Shown here: piece by piece, positions 62,201 to 64,000 of the stretch
Layout: each line of letters begins with the position of its first letter
How positions within the stretch are numbered: the stretch's first letter is position 1
Origin: Methanotrichaceae archaeon
GTDB taxonomy: Archaea > Halobacteriota > Methanosarcinia > Methanotrichales > Methanotrichaceae
DNA: 64,000 nucleotides
NCBI GenBank assembly: GCA_963748825.1
Contig: CAVVKN010000021.1
Coordinates: 34,560 to 98,559, forward strand
Direction of reading: 5' to 3'
The notes under the pieces: model-generated
Database searches by the model: none
What the model was told of the DNA's origin: nothing
The model's input: only the letters and a program-made list of their open reading frames with translations
Position numbers and translations under genes: made by a program

Positions 62201-63620
62201 TGAAGTAAACGAGATAGCAAGCATTGCTGAAAAGCTTGTTCCGACCACACCTATATATCGCTATCAACGCCTCTTCATCGAACGCGATTTCGATTTATTT
62301 GAAGAGAAGGGCGATTGGAGAGAACAACAAAAAATACTTGATGAGCATAGGCAGAAGGCAGTGGCTGAAGTCTTTAAAGAAGGGGGTATAGAGGAAGTTC
62401 TAGTGTTTGTCAGGATTGTCGAATCACCCTGGCGCGTGGGCTTTGCCTTTGGAGTAATTGCCCCAATTGAGGCTGAATCTGCGGTTGTGCCAAGATTACT
62501 GGATTCGGAAGACAAATCCATTATGCAATTTACTAGTGGATTCATCCGAGGAAGATTTCAGTCTCGCCAATGGCAATGGATCGATGAGATTGATACCAAA
62601 AAATGGACTCCATCTCAAATAGGACAACTTCTTGCTTTTCTGCCATTTGCCTCAGATACTTGGAAACGAGTAACTCAGCTCTTGCGAGAGGATGAGTCAC
62701 AGTACTGGTCCAAGACCAGCGTATTACCATATGGAGATGATCAGAACCTTGAAATGGCCATTGATCGCTTAGTCGAGCATGGAAGAGCGCGTGAAGCAAT
62801 CATGTGTTTTGAGCAGATGCGCTATAAAAAAAAGAAGTTGAATAGCCAGCAAGCGATTCGCGTGCTTCTAGCTCTGCTTCAGTCACCACAGGGATTTCAT
62901 GACCTGGATTTTCATGCTATCATTGAAGTTATAAAGGAGCTGCAAAATGATCCCGATACCAATCCTGATGACCTATTTCATATTGAATGGGCATTTCTTC
63001 CCCTACTTGATGGGTTTCATGGTGCATCCCCTGTGCTGCTGGAAAAGCGATTGGCAGAGGATCCTGTATTCTTTTGCGAGGTAATTCGCACTGCGTTTCG
63101 ATCAAAGAAGGAAGATCGTTCGGTTGAAGGACCTACAGAGCAACAAAAGTTAAACGGAGCAAATGCATATCGTTTACTTCATAATTGGAAGACTCCGCCT
63201 GGAAGTCAAAAAGATGGGATATATAATGGCGATGCTCTAACAGCATGGATAGAAAATGTCAACGAAATCTGTCGTGAGTCTGGACATTTAGAGGTTGCTC
63301 ACACAATGATTGGCCAGGTGCTTTTCAACACGCCGCCTGACACAGATGGATTTTGGATGAATCGTACAGCAGCAAATGTACTAAATGCTAAAGATGCCGA
63401 GAAAATGAGAAATGGATTTCAAACGGCCGTGATAGCCTCGCGTGGCGTCTATACATGCACAGGTGGTGAGGAAGAGAGAAGACTTACTGAAAAGTACCAT
63501 ATGCGTGCCGAAGAGGTAGATGCACAAAAATTTCATCGATTGGCCGAGACTTTTAGAGATATATCGGCTTTCTATAAACGAGAAGCTGAAAGGGAGGCGT
63601 CAAGAGACAAATGCAGTTAA
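59282..63620 (+). CDS. Metallophosphoesterase fused to a large helical region (about 1,445 aa; apparent +1 indel near 61637)
   Basis: HLSDWH, SGD, PGNHD, HHP, GHQH; removing T61637 gives WDPDYLIRVVVLLGGLAARDPGG and joins ORFs 59240..61798 and 61656..63620. Confidence 0.82.
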
Positions 63621-63698
63621 ACGAGGTTTTGAACGCTTAACTGTTCCCTCACCCGCCAGGGGGTCGGTGCCAGCTGGTCAATGTGCTTCCCCATCCCC

Positions 63699-64000
63699 TC
63701 AATCCTCCACCCTTGCCACTCCGTCCTCCACCATGACCCGAACCGATCCATAGCCTTTCAAGGACGGCCTGAAGAAGCGCCAGGAATTGGCCATTTGCGC
63801 CTTGACCAGTGGATCGTAGTACTCAATAATCCATGAACTGTTCTCTGAGGTGGCGTTTATGGCCACGGCATAAGCTCTCCAGCGAAAGAGCTTGATTTGA
63901 GTGAGTTTTTCGGCAGCATCTATCGCTATTTCTGCCTCTTTTACGCGGGATGCCATCGTTAGCTTGGGAAACGCCGATTCGCTGAACACTTTCATCTCGA
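63699..64000 (-). CDS. Hypothetical protein, 3' part (runs off the window)
   Basis: Frame open to the window edge. Confidence 0.5.
   Translation of the reverse strand, partial: EMKVFSESAFPKLTMASRVKEAEIAIDAAEKLTQIKLFRWRAYAVAINATSENSSWIIEYYDPLVKAQMANSWRFFRPSLKGYGSVRVMVEDGVARVED

Overview
Chromosomal segment of a methanogenic archaeon, most likely Methanothrix/Methanotrichaceae (inferred from mer, a stand-alone fpoO, CooT, the glutaredoxin plus ferredoxin:disulfide reductase pair, and gene order). Conserved blocks: the end of the spc operon (rpl32e to secY, DUF106, cmk, cbf5, intron-containing tRNA-Ser), the exosome/proteasome/RNase P superoperon (rpl15e to pfdB, tRNA-Arg), DUF62-mer-nadM, a Grx-FDR-copA-YHS cluster and an lpdA-rubredoxin-FprA cluster. 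Four accessory regions interrupt these. (1) 6.5-9.9 kb is a decayed island next to tRNA-Ser with an Hfq-like relic, a nucleotidyltransferase and an internally deleted type IIG R-M gene. (2) 25.1-29.9 kb holds a glycosylase-like/nitrilase-like gene pair followed by a tandem array in which short cargo genes (hicBA, acylphosphatase-coiled coil, hicB) alternate with two families of about 200-bp non-coding repeats; this is the best candidate for an undescribed system. (3) 44-52 kb is a defence-type island (DUF4062 plus AlbA_2, GmrSD, a second AlbA_2 gene, a wHTH gene). (4) 59-64 kb encodes a roughly 1,445-aa metallophosphoesterase fusion. A 1,648-aa membrane/TPR protein carries an in-frame 270-bp module flanked by an 8-bp direct repeat. 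Several single-base +1 frameshifts, including one in essential secY, suggest sequencing indel errors. All family calls come from motif recognition by eye; no database search was run.
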